From: Promethearchaeia archaeon
GTDB lineage: Archaea > Asgardarchaeota > Lokiarchaeia > Sigyniarchaeales > SOKP01
DNA: 64,000 nucleotides
Direction: 5' to 3'
Assembly (NCBI GenBank): GCA_029856155.1
Contig: JAHQWL010000070.1
Span: 32,001 to 96,000 of the forward strand
In this document: positions 9,888 through 19,998 of the stretch, one piece after another
Position numbering within the stretch: position 1 is the first letter of the stretch
Layout of the letters: each line of letters starts with the position of its first letter
Translations under genes and position numbers: made by a program
The notes under the pieces: generated by a model
Seen by the model: the letters and a program-made list of their open reading frames with translations, nothing else
What the model was told of the DNA's origin: nothing
Databases searched by the model: none

Positions 9888-11606
9888 ATGATTCAATCTA
9901 GAAGAAGAAAAGGTAAAAAAATAAATAAAGAGCTCACAGAAAAGGAAAAGAAAACAATAGAGTTAGCTAATGTTGCATGGAGTAAGACGTTAAAGGAATT
10001 TTATTATCCTCCATTAAACGATCCTAATTATGTATTTGATTACACGCACTTAGAGGGTTTTTATATCGATCCTGAACACCGATGGCAAATAACAATGAAT
10101 CTAGCTAACACACCATTATTTAAAGATGATCAAGAATATATTAACTATTTTTACATCATCTCTCTTCATGAAGTATCTCATTATCAAATCATTCCTTACG
10201 ATGGTCTGACTCACGCTAAATTATTAAGAGCCGCTATGACCCATGTGAATCAAAATTATGCTCCTATTGTTGTAAATATTTTTGCTGATTTGGTTATTGA
10301 CACTAAATTATACCAGAAATATTCTAATCTCATTGAATGGGAAATGGCTGAAACCTATAAACATATCACAAATAAAGGCCCAGTAAGTAATTTTAGTAAA
10401 TTTTTATTTCGAGCCTATGAAAAAATGTGGGATAAAGATGTTATAGGTGATGAGAAGCTTAAGGAGATGGATTCCTTAGCAGATAGGGTAACTAAAATAA
10501 TTCTCAAAAATTTCGAGGATGAATCAACGTGGGAAAAGAAGGTATCTCAAGTTGCGTTATCTTTGAAAATGTTAATCCAAGATACATTTGCCTTAATAGG
10601 AACTGGAGGTGTTGTAGATAAAAACAAGGAAAAGAGAAAAAGTCCCGGAGGAGCATTTTTAGAAGTTCCAAAAGATGTGCTAGAAGTAATGGATAATCCG
10701 TTAGAAAATAAAAATGCAGACAAATTAAAAGAAGGGAATGAAGATAATTTACGACAAAAATCAGAAGAATTTGCTAAAGATATCCCATATTCTGAATTTG
10801 GTGGACCTGCGCGTCAAGCTGGAATTTTGATTGATGGAAATGCTTTAGCTACTTGGTATAGAGGGCTAGCAAGAAATCTAATAGAAATAAAAATTTTTGA
10901 AGAAAAACCAGGAGGGCAATTACCAGTTTATCCAGAAGTTTGGCGTATTGGAGATAGAATAGAAGATTTAGATATAGTTCAGAGTTTATTAAATAGTCCC
11001 GTAATGATTCCTAATATCACTACAAGAAAATGGGCATATAAAGAAGGACCAGGTCATTTGGTTGATAAACAAATCCCTGATCTTCTAATTGTTTTAGATT
11101 CTTCGGGTTCTATGGGTTGGAACTATACTTCAAGATCAACTCGTGGTAAGGGGCCATATCACACAGCTTTAGTAGCGGCATTTGCCTCTTTACATTGTGC
11201 TGCAAGTAAGGGTGCTAAATTTAGTATAATTAATTTCTCAAATAGAGCAGATATATGCCAATGGACATCCGATTATAATAAAGCCGAGAACGTGCTGTTG
11301 AGGTATCAGGGGGGAGGAACCTTTTTACCAATTAGAGAAATTGCAAATCAATGTGAAAAAGCAGAAAAAAAGGCTCTTGTTTTTATCATCACCGATTTTG
11401 GCATCTATAATTGGAGTAAAACAAAAAAAATAATGATTGAGTTAGCTCAAAAAGGACATAAAATTGTTGGATTTTTCATAGGTTCTACTAAGATACCTAA
11501 AGACAAATTTAAAAACCTTCTAAATAATGTAACCTTTTACGGGATAGGAAATGCTAAAGATTTAATTAGTTTGGTTATAACTGAAGTCAAAAAATATTAT
11601 TTATAG
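9888..11606 (+). CDS. HEXXH metallopeptidase-like domain fused to a vWA domain
   Basis: SLHEVSHY, N..AD..ID; MIDAS VLDSSGSM, GGGT, IITD; 17 bp downstream of the AAA+ gene. Confidence 0.85.
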   Translation: MIQSRRRKGKKINKELTEKEKKTIELANVAWSKTLKEFYYPPLNDPNYVFDYTHLEGFYIDPEHRWQITMNLANTPLFKDDQEYINYFYIISLHEVSHYQIIPYDGLTHAKLLRAAMTHVNQNYAPIVVNIFADLVIDTKLYQKYSNLIEWEMAETYKHITNKGPVSNFSKFLFRAYEKMWDKDVIGDEKLKEMDSLADRVTKIILKNFEDESTWEKKVSQVALSLKMLIQDTFALIGTGGVVDKNKEKRKSPGGAFLEVPKDVLEVMDNPLENKNADKLKEGNEDNLRQKSEEFAKDIPYSEFGGPARQAGILIDGNALATWYRGLARNLIEIKIFEEKPGGQLPVYPEVWRIGDRIEDLDIVQSLLNSPVMIPNITTRKWAYKEGPGHLVDKQIPDLLIVLDSSGSMGWNYTSRSTRGKGPYHTALVAAFASLHCAASKGAKFSIINFSNRADICQWTSDYNKAENVLLRYQGGGTFLPIREIANQCEKAEKKALVFIITDFGIYNWSKTKKIMIELAQKGHKIVGFFIGSTKIPKDKFKNLLNNVTFYGIGNAKDLISLVITEVKKYYL

Positions 11607-11790
11607 TTCATTTTTTTTACTTAAAGATACTTAATCAATTTCTTTGAGTTTTTTTTTTCTCCTATGAAGTCTTCAAACTAAGTACCTTTATAAACAGGAG
11701 GATTAATTCTACTTATAATCTATTGACTGACCAAGAAAAAGTTCATTTAGATTTGGAGGAAAAAGTTGCAAATGCATAAGTAGTAATGTA

Positions 11791-12282
11791 TTACCTTGAA
11801 TCAGGTTTGTTAATTTCCCGTAAATACAATTTCATAAAATATCTTTGACTTTGACAATACATTAGTTTATCTCTTTGTGTTAAATGCTTGCATTTTTGTA
11901 ATACCCTCTGGATATCTGTAAGTAGTTTGAAACTATCATATTTTGCCTTTTGTGGGAAAATTTCTACTCTATTTTTTATATCATTATTTACCTTAATTTC
12001 AAAAAACAAATTCTTAAGATTTAAAACGGGTTCTGAATTTTCTAATCTTAAATCTGTCAATACTTCTATTTCCTCTTCAAGATTTATTGAATTATCACTA
12101 ATGGAATTACCAGAATTATATTCAATAAATATATCGCATATTCCTTTATGTCTATATCTACAATCTTGGCAATCATAAGAACAAGGAGAATATTTGACTC
12201 GACAAATGTTTTGGATTTTTTTAAGAACATTTTCCGATTCTTGCATATTTGAACTCATCATTTTCATTACTCTTGCATTCAA
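11791..12282 (-). CDS. Hypothetical protein, Cys-rich N-terminus
   Basis: 163 aa ORF with C..PCSYDCQDC...C; start uncertain. Confidence 0.5.
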   Translation of the reverse strand: MNARVMKMMSSNMQESENVLKKIQNICRVKYSPCSYDCQDCRYRHKGICDIFIEYNSGNSISDNSINLEEEIEVLTDLRLENSEPVLNLKNLFFEIKVNNDIKNRVEIFPQKAKYDSFKLLTDIQRVLQKCKHLTQRDKLMYCQSQRYFMKLYLREINKPDSR

Positions 12283-12483
12283 TTTTATGTAATTCTTCTA
12301 ATATTTTTCTTAGACTTTTCTGGTAATAGCAGAGAGATATGTAGATATATATTAAAAACATATGGTTTGGTCTTTTGAAACTAAGCAATATCTAGGTAAC
12401 ATCTTCATTTAGTTTAGAAATATAAATTAATAAAAATTCAAAAAAATTCAAAAAAATGATAGAATCTTCTTTGATTTCAATGA

Positions 12484-13002
12484 TTAAAGTACGGAAAGAA
12501 GACTATCAATATCAAGCCAACCTTTTAAGGCGTGAATAATTGTTCCTTGTTCATCAATAACAAATTGTCCAGGTCCTTGTTTTTCCCATCCTTCATATTC
12601 TCCATGTTTTATACCTAATTTTGTAGCTTCTTTCAATTTAGATCTCACTTTAGTGAACGCTTCTGCTGTCATTAATCCTAATCCATATTCTGAATATAAT
12701 TCATCTTTTGAGCTTGGAATAACTGGAAAATCAATTTTTTCTTTTTCTATAAATTCTTTAGCTACTTTTTCACCTGATTGCGTGATATACAAAATTTTTC
12801 CTCCTTTCTCTTTGATTGCATTTTTATTTTCAAGAAGAGTTTTTAAATCCAACTGACATAGAGGGCAACCAAAATATCTTGAAAAAATCAAGACGATTTT
12901 TTGATCTCCAATTAATTCTGCCAAATTAATAGTTCCTGCGTTATATGATTCTATTGTAAATAATGGAGCTTTATCTCCTTCATTTATATCTTTTTTTCCC
13001 AT
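12484..13002 (-). CDS. Peroxiredoxin-like AhpC/TSA (redoxin) family protein
   Basis: GDKAPLFT, FSRYFGCPLC, PGQFVIDEQGTI. Confidence 0.85.
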   Translation of the reverse strand: MGKKDINEGDKAPLFTIESYNAGTINLAELIGDQKIVLIFSRYFGCPLCQLDLKTLLENKNAIKEKGGKILYITQSGEKVAKEFIEKEKIDFPVIPSSKDELYSEYGLGLMTAEAFTKVRSKLKEATKLGIKHGEYEGWEKQGPGQFVIDEQGTIIHALKGWLDIDSLLSVL

Positions 13003-13084
13003 AATTTCCCACATTACGTTAGTTATTTGATATTTAAATTAATATTTTTATAAAAAATTTATTAAAATTTTCTTCTTTTCTATA

Positions 13085-13873
13085 CTAATCATATCTTTCT
13101 TCAACAGACATCAAAACAAACCCTAGCAAAATTGGAGTTAGCGAAAGCAAAAATAAAAAATACCAGATAAAGTATAAATATACTACATCTTGAAAATGCC
13201 AAGGAGCCCATCCATGATAAGATACCATAAGAACAAAAAATCCAAGTCCTACTAATTTTGGCCCTGTCTCTTTTGCTTTATACCCATAGTATACGAAAAT
13301 ATACGCCATAGTAAAGCAAATGGGAATCCAAATCGTATGAAGAAAAAGATACATAGTTACTTCAATTGGATTTCCTGAAGGAATTATAAATAACCCAATG
13401 ATTAACAATAGAAATCCAATAATAAGCACCGAAACACTAGGAATTTGCTGTTTTTTTTTATTTTCAGTTAAAATTAATAAAATTCCATATAATATTCCCG
13501 CAGAAAAGCATGGCATGCCCCATCTCCATGCAAAAAAATGGAAGGTAGACAAATTCTCATTAGCATTTGGAAATCCTAAAGCTCTAAAGATATGGGCTAC
13601 AAATGTAATGCTATATATGAAAAAAGATATACTCCAAATCAATAAAGAAGTATTTTTTCTTTTAGTTTTAATCCACCTTAATAATAGATATCCTCCTATA
13701 GTCCACAATAATATGGTGCTATTCAAACCAAGGCCGAATAAGAAGAAATTTAATTTTAATACAAGTACTGGTGCACCATGAGGAAGAACGATTAATACAT
13801 AAGCAGAAATAATTGAAATAATAATGATTCCCACTATATAAATGAAGTGAGTCTTTTCCAAATTAATTACCAT
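13085..13873 (-). CDS. Integral membrane protein (about 8 TM), sensor-like
   Basis: About 8 hydrophobic segments; start overlaps the stop of the upstream gene. Confidence 0.75.
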   Translation of the reverse strand: MVINLEKTHFIYIVGIIIISIISAYVLIVLPHGAPVLVLKLNFFLFGLGLNSTILLWTIGGYLLLRWIKTKRKNTSLLIWSISFFIYSITFVAHIFRALGFPNANENLSTFHFFAWRWGMPCFSAGILYGILLILTENKKKQQIPSVSVLIIGFLLLIIGLFIIPSGNPIEVTMYLFLHTIWIPICFTMAYIFVYYGYKAKETGPKLVGLGFFVLMVSYHGWAPWHFQDVVYLYFIWYFLFLLSLTPILLGFVLMSVEERYD

Positions 13874-14361
13874 TTAAATTTCTTAAATTTTTTAATTATT
13901 TTTTCATCATCGATTTTTTCTTTTAACCTTTCTCCTAAGCTATCATAAAATTCCAGAAGTATTTCATATAATTCTGTTACTTTTTCATCAATCTCTGGAT
14001 CATTCTCTTTTAGATACCCTTTAGTATAGAAAGCTTTATATAAGTTCACTATTGACATTATCTTATTAGAATAATCTTTCATTATATCGTAAAGTAATTC
14101 ATTCCTGAAATTTTTATCAGTAATTACTGAAAGCATTAACATTTCTTTATTACCACGAGCCCAACAAGAAGTAATTTCAAAGTACAAGTTTGTTATCTTT
14201 AAATCTTCCTCGATTAATGAAACTTCGAAGAATTTATCTGACATATCTAAATCAAAGAAACCTAACATTTTTCTGCCAACTTTCTCTAAAATCGAACCCG
14301 GGTGAGAAAAGTAGATCTCAGGACCAATAACTGTATTAAAATATAATAAAGCTAATTTCAT
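13867..14361 (-). CDS. Stand-alone longin/uDENN-like domain protein
   Basis: YFNTVIGPEIYFSHP and YFEI...WARG..EMLMLSVIT patterns. Confidence 0.6.
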   Translation of the reverse strand: MKLALLYFNTVIGPEIYFSHPGSILEKVGRKMLGFFDLDMSDKFFEVSLIEEDLKITNLYFEITSCWARGNKEMLMLSVITDKNFRNELLYDIMKDYSNKIMSIVNLYKAFYTKGYLKENDPEIDEKVTELYEILLEFYDSLGERLKEKIDDEKIIKKFKKFKW

Positions 14362-14546
14362 TATATCAAATTTCTTTAAACTTGTTATTTCTTTTTTTTT
14401 TTTAAAAGCTTGAGTTAATTTTTATTAATTTGATTTTTTGAATATTTAATTCTTATTATTTTTCAAATACTACTTTTACTATAACTCTTATAATTTTCAT
14501 TAATTACCTTTAAAAAAGAGATTTTATAGAGATCCTAAGAATTTTT

Positions 14547-15191
14547 TTAAAAATTCTGTTTTATCCAATCTCCAAATTTAATCTTTCTAAGTTGTTCTGC
14601 CCATAAAGCCTTTATATTAGGTGTATCGGGAATTAAATTTTCTCTTTTGAGAATTTTATATAAATTTTCGATTGTTTTTTCAATTAAAATTTCGTATAAA
14701 GGAGTTTCCTCATTAGAATCTGCCAATTCTTCTTGAATCTCGATGTATAACTGCTTAATAATAGTTATCAAATTTTCTGCAAACTTAATGATGTATTCTT
14801 CTAATTTCTCGGACTTTTCTATTGATATAATGGGGATGGTTAGTTCATATTTATTATTGGTTAATTCAATTAAATTATACCATTCTAAATTCATAAGATG
14901 ATTCTCAATGGTTTCTTTTGTCCATTGATAAGAAATTTGGCAATCATATTCCTCGTTTGTAATTAATAAAGGTTTAGGAGAAAAATTAATACGTTCATAG
15001 ATCTCTTGAAATGTTTTTGGGTTATCAGCAAGTATTATTAAAATTTCACGTCTAACCTTATTATCTAAGATCCATGGAATTTCGGGATCATCCCACGGTT
15101 TTGATGTGCCAAAATCGAACCATGGTTCGATTTCATCTACATTTATTCTTCCAACAAAACGATAATTATGATATTTTGTATTTTCTCTCAT
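14547..15191 (-). CDS. Hypothetical protein with winged-helix (ArsR-like) region
   Basis: LDNKVRREILIILADNPKT...IENHLMNLEWYNLIE...YEL. Confidence 0.6.
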   Translation of the reverse strand: MRENTKYHNYRFVGRINVDEIEPWFDFGTSKPWDDPEIPWILDNKVRREILIILADNPKTFQEIYERINFSPKPLLITNEEYDCQISYQWTKETIENHLMNLEWYNLIELTNNKYELTIPIISIEKSEKLEEYIIKFAENLITIIKQLYIEIQEELADSNEETPLYEILIEKTIENLYKILKRENLIPDTPNIKALWAEQLRKIKFGDWIKQNF

Positions 15192-15236
15192 TTTTAGTTT
15201 CTATTTCCAATTTAATTTATCTTATATATTTTTTAA

Positions 15237-16199
15237 TTATTTTTCTTGAAGCATTGCCTCTATAAGGACTTGAGTAGCCTCTTCCTCAGATAAACCCCTA
15301 GATTGTAGTTCATCAAGCCATTTTTGTGGAAACCTACCTAAGGAAGCTTCATGTGAAACACTTGAAGTTGGATCTATAGCTCTGATAAAAGGACGAGCTC
15401 TACATATAGATCCTTTTCCTAATACAATTTCAGTACACTCTACATGACCGTTGCATCGTGGAGCATTTCCCTCAGTAATCCCATACATTAGTACTTCTCC
15501 ACCATCTTTAGCAGCTGCTTTCATTTTAATTACGCTTCTTGCATTTTCTCCCTCAAGAAAGACAGAATCTCTTATTCTGATTGAATCCTTTTTACATTTT
15601 CCAAATGCTCGTATGTTTGATTTTATAACACTGTTTTTCATTGCATATATATCTAGCAAAATTTTTACTTGTCCAGGAGTCCCTCTTGTTAAGTTAAAAT
15701 TATTTTCAAAAATACTATTTTCTCCAACGTACATATAACCAACTGGTGCAACTAATGCTCCTGAATTTTCACCATGATAATGAGTTTCACTATAAGTAAA
15801 TTTACAATTTTTTCCAATGTAGAAATGACCAAACATTTTGTGAATGAGTCCATTTGCTTTTGGGAAACTACAATGTGCTTGTATAGTTACTTCTGTATTA
15901 TCTTCAGCAATAATTCTAGGAAATATCTCTTGAATTCCTGTCTCTTTATTAACTCCAAAGCATAAATGAACGGGGTCTTCAATTTTTGTTCCTTGTTTAA
16001 TTACAATATCTGCTACAATTCCATTTTCAATCTCTCTACCTTTTAAGATAACGCCCTCTACTTGTTCTAATCCGCTAATCTTATTAAAATCTAATAAAAG
16101 TTTAGCCCCCTTTCCATGTCCCGGTAAAAAATCTCTAATGTCTATATTATAGTCCTCAAGACTTGCTAATATCTCTTCTGGATATTCTGTTCTACTCAT
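15237..16199 (-). CDS. sufB: SufB/SufD-family Fe-S scaffold (minimal SmsB type)
   Basis: PVHLCFG, AHCSFP, ETHYHG, GHVECTEI, VSHEASLG, RGLSEEEA. Confidence 0.88.
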   Translation of the reverse strand: MSRTEYPEEILASLEDYNIDIRDFLPGHGKGAKLLLDFNKISGLEQVEGVILKGREIENGIVADIVIKQGTKIEDPVHLCFGVNKETGIQEIFPRIIAEDNTEVTIQAHCSFPKANGLIHKMFGHFYIGKNCKFTYSETHYHGENSGALVAPVGYMYVGENSIFENNFNLTRGTPGQVKILLDIYAMKNSVIKSNIRAFGKCKKDSIRIRDSVFLEGENARSVIKMKAAAKDGGEVLMYGITEGNAPRCNGHVECTEIVLGKGSICRARPFIRAIDPTSSVSHEASLGRFPQKWLDELQSRGLSEEEATQVLIEAMLQEK

Positions 16200-16981
16200 A
16201 ATCCTTGCTCCTCCCTAAATATTTTATCGATATAATCATCATGCTTCCCATTGAATAATTTTCTTTTGCAAAATTCTTTTAATCCCGCTTTAGCACAATA
16301 TCTTAACATAACTTTCGGAAACACATCTGTTAATATAGCATCACCCCTCCATATAAGAGTTCCATAATCTGCAACCATCCCAATATCTTCTCTGTGGGTA
16401 ATCAATAGGATTGTCATATTCAATCCCTTGATTTTACCAAAAATATGTAGAAAATCTTCAATAACAATGAAATCTAATCCTGAATCAGGCTCATCTAATA
16501 TAACCAACCGAGGTCTCATCGCAATGGTTGCTGCTAACTCTACTCTCTTTCTTTCTCCTCCACTTAAAGATTCATCAATAGTGCGATTCATATATCTATC
16601 AGGCTCTAAGTTTACAATCTCTAAAGCTTCCTGTATTATATCTTTCATATTTGCTTTATCCTTAATACCAAGCGAGATGTATTTAGGAATTGATAATCCG
16701 TCGATTCTTGCTGGTTCTTGCCATGCTAAAGTTATACCTAATTTGGCACGTTCTGTTATACTCATATCTGTAATGTCAATTCCATCAAAATATATTTTTC
16801 CTCCTGAGGGCTTATAATTATTTAATCCCATTATAGTATAAGCTAATGTTGATTTTCCAGATCCATTTGGACCAATAATAGCATGAATTGAACCTTCTTT
16901 AACATCAAATGAGACCTTATTTATTATTACACATTCTTGATCAAATGTAGGTATCGTTAGATCTTTTACTTCCAAAATCAA
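16196..16981 (-). CDS. sufC: SufC-like ABC ATPase (SmsC)
   Basis: GPNGSGKST, AWQEP, LSGGERKR, LDEPDSGLD; 4-bp overlap with sufB. Confidence 0.88.
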   Translation of the reverse strand: MILEVKDLTIPTFDQECVIINKVSFDVKEGSIHAIIGPNGSGKSTLAYTIMGLNNYKPSGGKIYFDGIDITDMSITERAKLGITLAWQEPARIDGLSIPKYISLGIKDKANMKDIIQEALEIVNLEPDRYMNRTIDESLSGGERKRVELAATIAMRPRLVILDEPDSGLDFIVIEDFLHIFGKIKGLNMTILLITHREDIGMVADYGTLIWRGDAILTDVFPKVMLRYCAKAGLKEFCKRKLFNGKHDDYIDKIFREEQGL

Positions 16982-17240
16982 TTTGATTCACTCGAAATCT
17001 TTCATTTTAATCTTTATTGAGAATTCAACTAAGATATTAAATTCTTTGTGTAATAAAAATTTAAATTAAAATGCTCTTCATTTCATAGACTCTTCCTTTT
17101 TTAACAATTTTTTTAAAGAAATTTAAAATTTATATATAAAAAGATTTAAAATACTTATTATGGAAATCTATAAAAAATATTTTAGCAAATATTATTCAGA
17201 ATTAGTTCTTATTGCTCTTTTATTCCTGTTCTTTTAACAT

Positions 17241-17674
17241 TTGATTAAAGGAGAACAGACAGCCACGATTGAAGCACAGATTTCAATTGGAGCTCTTACA
17301 TATAATGTCTATGTAACTCATCTTGGAAATTATGAGGATCTGGCGATTGATAGATCTCAAATAATCCAACAAGAACAAATATTAGAAAGAATTGGAGTAA
17401 AAACTAATGTTATTTTGATGGGAGATTTTAATTTTGAACCTTATACTGAACAATATAATATTACGACGGCAGTGCTAGATGATTGTTGGGAAATTGCAAA
17501 TTCAACATTAATAGGGAATATTCCATTAAGTTGGGCCCTCGCCTACCAGCTGAAAGAATCGATCATGTTTTTATTTCACCAGATTTAACAATTTTAAGCG
17601 AAAATATTAAAGTAACCTACTTCGGAGGTACTGTTGCTGACCATCCCGCCTTATTAACTACTATTAGGGTATAA
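17241..17674 (+). pseudogene. Truncated, frameshifted endonuclease/exonuclease/phosphatase (EEP) family gene
   Basis: VTHL and ILMGDFN in one frame; RIDHVF and ADHP in another, switching near 17530; N-terminal half missing. Confidence 0.75.
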
Positions 17675-17895
17675 CTTATTTTTAAATTCTCTTTTTTTTT
17701 TAAGCTTCTTAGACAAGAATTATCAGTCTTAATATTCCTGAATTAAAGCCGATTATTATTAATACAATTTTAAAATACTATAAATGGAATATAGTAGATA
17801 AATTAAAAAAGACCTTTAATATTATATTCATAGATTCTAATATATTCATAAAATAAAATATATAATGATTATAGAATTTTTAGGAAGTGAGAAAT

Positions 17896-18684
17896 ATGGT
17901 AAAAAAGGAGTATATTTGTAATAAAGGAAAAAGAAGTACAATAGTAATTGAAGATCTTACTACCGAAATTAAGGAAGGCGCAACTTTTGTTATAGGTTTC
18001 GCGGGAATTGGGCTAATAGGTCCTATTGTGGCTAATACTTTAATTGAACAACTTTCAGATGTAAAAGAAATTGGTTTTGTTACTTCAGAGTATCTGCCAC
18101 CTATCTCAGTATTCTATGCAGGTGTTTTAAAACATCCCTTTCGATTGCTTTATTCTCCACAAAATAACTTGATTATAGGTATATGTGAGGTTCCTTTTCA
18201 AATACCAACTGCCTACAACGATTTAAGTAAAACTTTATGTAATTGGGCTTTATCTGAGGATGTTAAAGCAAAGGAGATAGTGATTTTTCAGGGAATCCCC
18301 CAGAGAGGAATTATTGATGAATACCCTGTTTATTATGCTGCAGAGGAAGCTATGATAGAGCATCTTGAAAAATTCGGAATTGCTAAAGTTGAGAAAGGAA
18401 TCATTGTAGGACCTGAGGCAACTGTTTTAAACGAAGCATTAACGAACAGACTTGATGCTTATGCATTATTTACTCCTGTATTAGAAATACCTACCCCAGA
18501 AGGTGCTGCTAGTATTTTAGAAGTTTTAAATAAGATATATGATTTAAAAATTGACACTACATCTCTTATCGAGCAAGGAAAAGAAATAAAAGCCAAAATG
18601 TTGGAGCTCGCTCAGAAGGCGCAGCAATATCAACAACAACAATTACCCGGAACTGGGAAAGAATACACAGGATATTTCCAATAA
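17896..18684 (+). CDS. PAC2-family proteasome assembly chaperone (PbaA/PbaB-like)
   Basis: IGFAGIGLIGPI, P.RLLY, GIIVGP, P.PEGAA, IDT..LIE. Confidence 0.85.
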   Translation: MVKKEYICNKGKRSTIVIEDLTTEIKEGATFVIGFAGIGLIGPIVANTLIEQLSDVKEIGFVTSEYLPPISVFYAGVLKHPFRLLYSPQNNLIIGICEVPFQIPTAYNDLSKTLCNWALSEDVKAKEIVIFQGIPQRGIIDEYPVYYAAEEAMIEHLEKFGIAKVEKGIIVGPEATVLNEALTNRLDAYALFTPVLEIPTPEGAASILEVLNKIYDLKIDTTSLIEQGKEIKAKMLELAQKAQQYQQQQLPGTGKEYTGYFQ

Positions 18685-18874
18685 CGTAAATGTATTGTTC
18701 AATTTATATTCAGATTGTCTAATTAATTTTTTCTTTAATTTTTATATTAAATATGTACATATCTTTTGTCTAATATTGATATTCTATAAAAATTACATTT
18801 ATAATTCACCTATATTTAGATAAATTGAATAAATATAACGCTAAAAATTAAAATAGTCTGTAAGGTAATTTGCT

Positions 18875-19321
18875 ATTAAAGAAAAATTTATACCTGTCCA
18901 AATTGATCAGGAGCTTTGTTTAAGGTGTGAACGATGTCTACGAGCATGTCAAGCTAAAGCAATATATTTTGAGCATGGAGTAAGAAAAGTTGATTATACT
19001 AAATGTAGAGCTTGTTTAAACTGTGTTCAAGTATGTCCAAGAAACGCAATAGTGGTAACTTCTATTACACATCCAGATCAAATTATAAGTATTAAGATAG
19101 ACCACGAAAAATGTAATATGTGTGAAAATTGCCTTGATGAAAATGGAAAATTTTGTCCTAAAAACCTTTTTTATAAAGATATCGTGAAAAAAGTAGGAAG
19201 AGAAGAAGAAGGAATAAGATTTAAATTTAAAGAAATATCTAAATGTCAGGGTTGCTTAAAATGCGAATTATCTTGCCCAGAAAGGGCTATAAAACCTGTA
19301 AAATTTGAAGCTGAAATATAA
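18875..19321 (+). CDS. Polyferredoxin (four 4Fe-4S motifs), probable ATT start
   Basis: CLRCERCLRAC and CRACLNCVQVCP are in frame upstream of the listed GTG; CNMCENC..CP and CQGCLKCELSCP downstream. Confidence 0.85.
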   Translation: MKEKFIPVQIDQELCLRCERCLRACQAKAIYFEHGVRKVDYTKCRACLNCVQVCPRNAIVVTSITHPDQIISIKIDHEKCNMCENCLDENGKFCPKNLFYKDIVKKVGREEEGIRFKFKEISKCQGCLKCELSCPERAIKPVKFEAEI

Positions 19322-19331
19322 AATGAAAATT

Positions 19332-19886
19332 TTAGCTTTTCTCCTTAACTTTTTTTAAAATTAGTTTTCTAATATCTTCAAATTTCTTTATTACAACAAT
19401 CCCTTCCATCTGATTTAATCTTTTTATATTTTCAATTTCAACATCCCTAATTTTTAAGATTAAAGGAGAACCGTCAGGTCGAGAAGTAACAATTGGCTCA
19501 GTATCTTGATCCGAGGGAAAAATATAGACTATCTGTCCTCCTTTAATGGCTTGAGCCACACAATTTGTTATTAAAGTATCTGCAATACCATAAACAATTT
19601 TAGCTACACTATTAGCAGAAACCGGGCAAGTTAAAAATAAGTCGTAATTTCCAAGTTGTAGATGTCCAGCATAAAAAGGAATATTTGGAGTCTTTTCAAC
19701 TTTTAACTTTTTAACAGTTTCAGTGAGAGCTAACCACTTTTTATACCACTTAACGACAGCACTCCCTTCTTTTGATAAAATAACAGTTAAATCTATATTA
19801 AAATCGTCTTGTAATTCTTTCATCAAATCAATGGATTCTTGAAGAACATAACCCGTTCCTGTCATACCCCACATTAATTTAAACAT
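19332..19886 (-). CDS. afpA: Archaeoflavoprotein AfpA-like (HFCD flavoprotein family)
   Basis: WGMTGTG, LSKEG, CPVSANSVAKIVYGIADTLITN, PSD. Confidence 0.75.
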   Translation of the reverse strand: MFKLMWGMTGTGYVLQESIDLMKELQDDFNIDLTVILSKEGSAVVKWYKKWLALTETVKKLKVEKTPNIPFYAGHLQLGNYDLFLTCPVSANSVAKIVYGIADTLITNCVAQAIKGGQIVYIFPSDQDTEPIVTSRPDGSPLILKIRDVEIENIKRLNQMEGIVVIKKFEDIRKLILKKVKEKS

Positions 19887-19998
19887 TTCAAATACTTAGT
19901 TTTATTTATTATTATATCTACTAATAAGAAGAATTAATAATTTAAGCATAATAAATATTTAATGAGAATAACCTAAAATTATTAGCTATAGATTTAAT

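Noticed and set aside
11660-11779. Short + strand frame (..RRINSTYNLLTDQEKVHLDLEEKVANA*) containing AGGAGG
   Set aside because: No properly placed start and no recognisable homology
12484-13014. Selenocysteine recoding in the redoxin or other redox genes
   Set aside because: The active site is CPLC with Cys codons; I saw no in-frame TGA at a conserved Cys position
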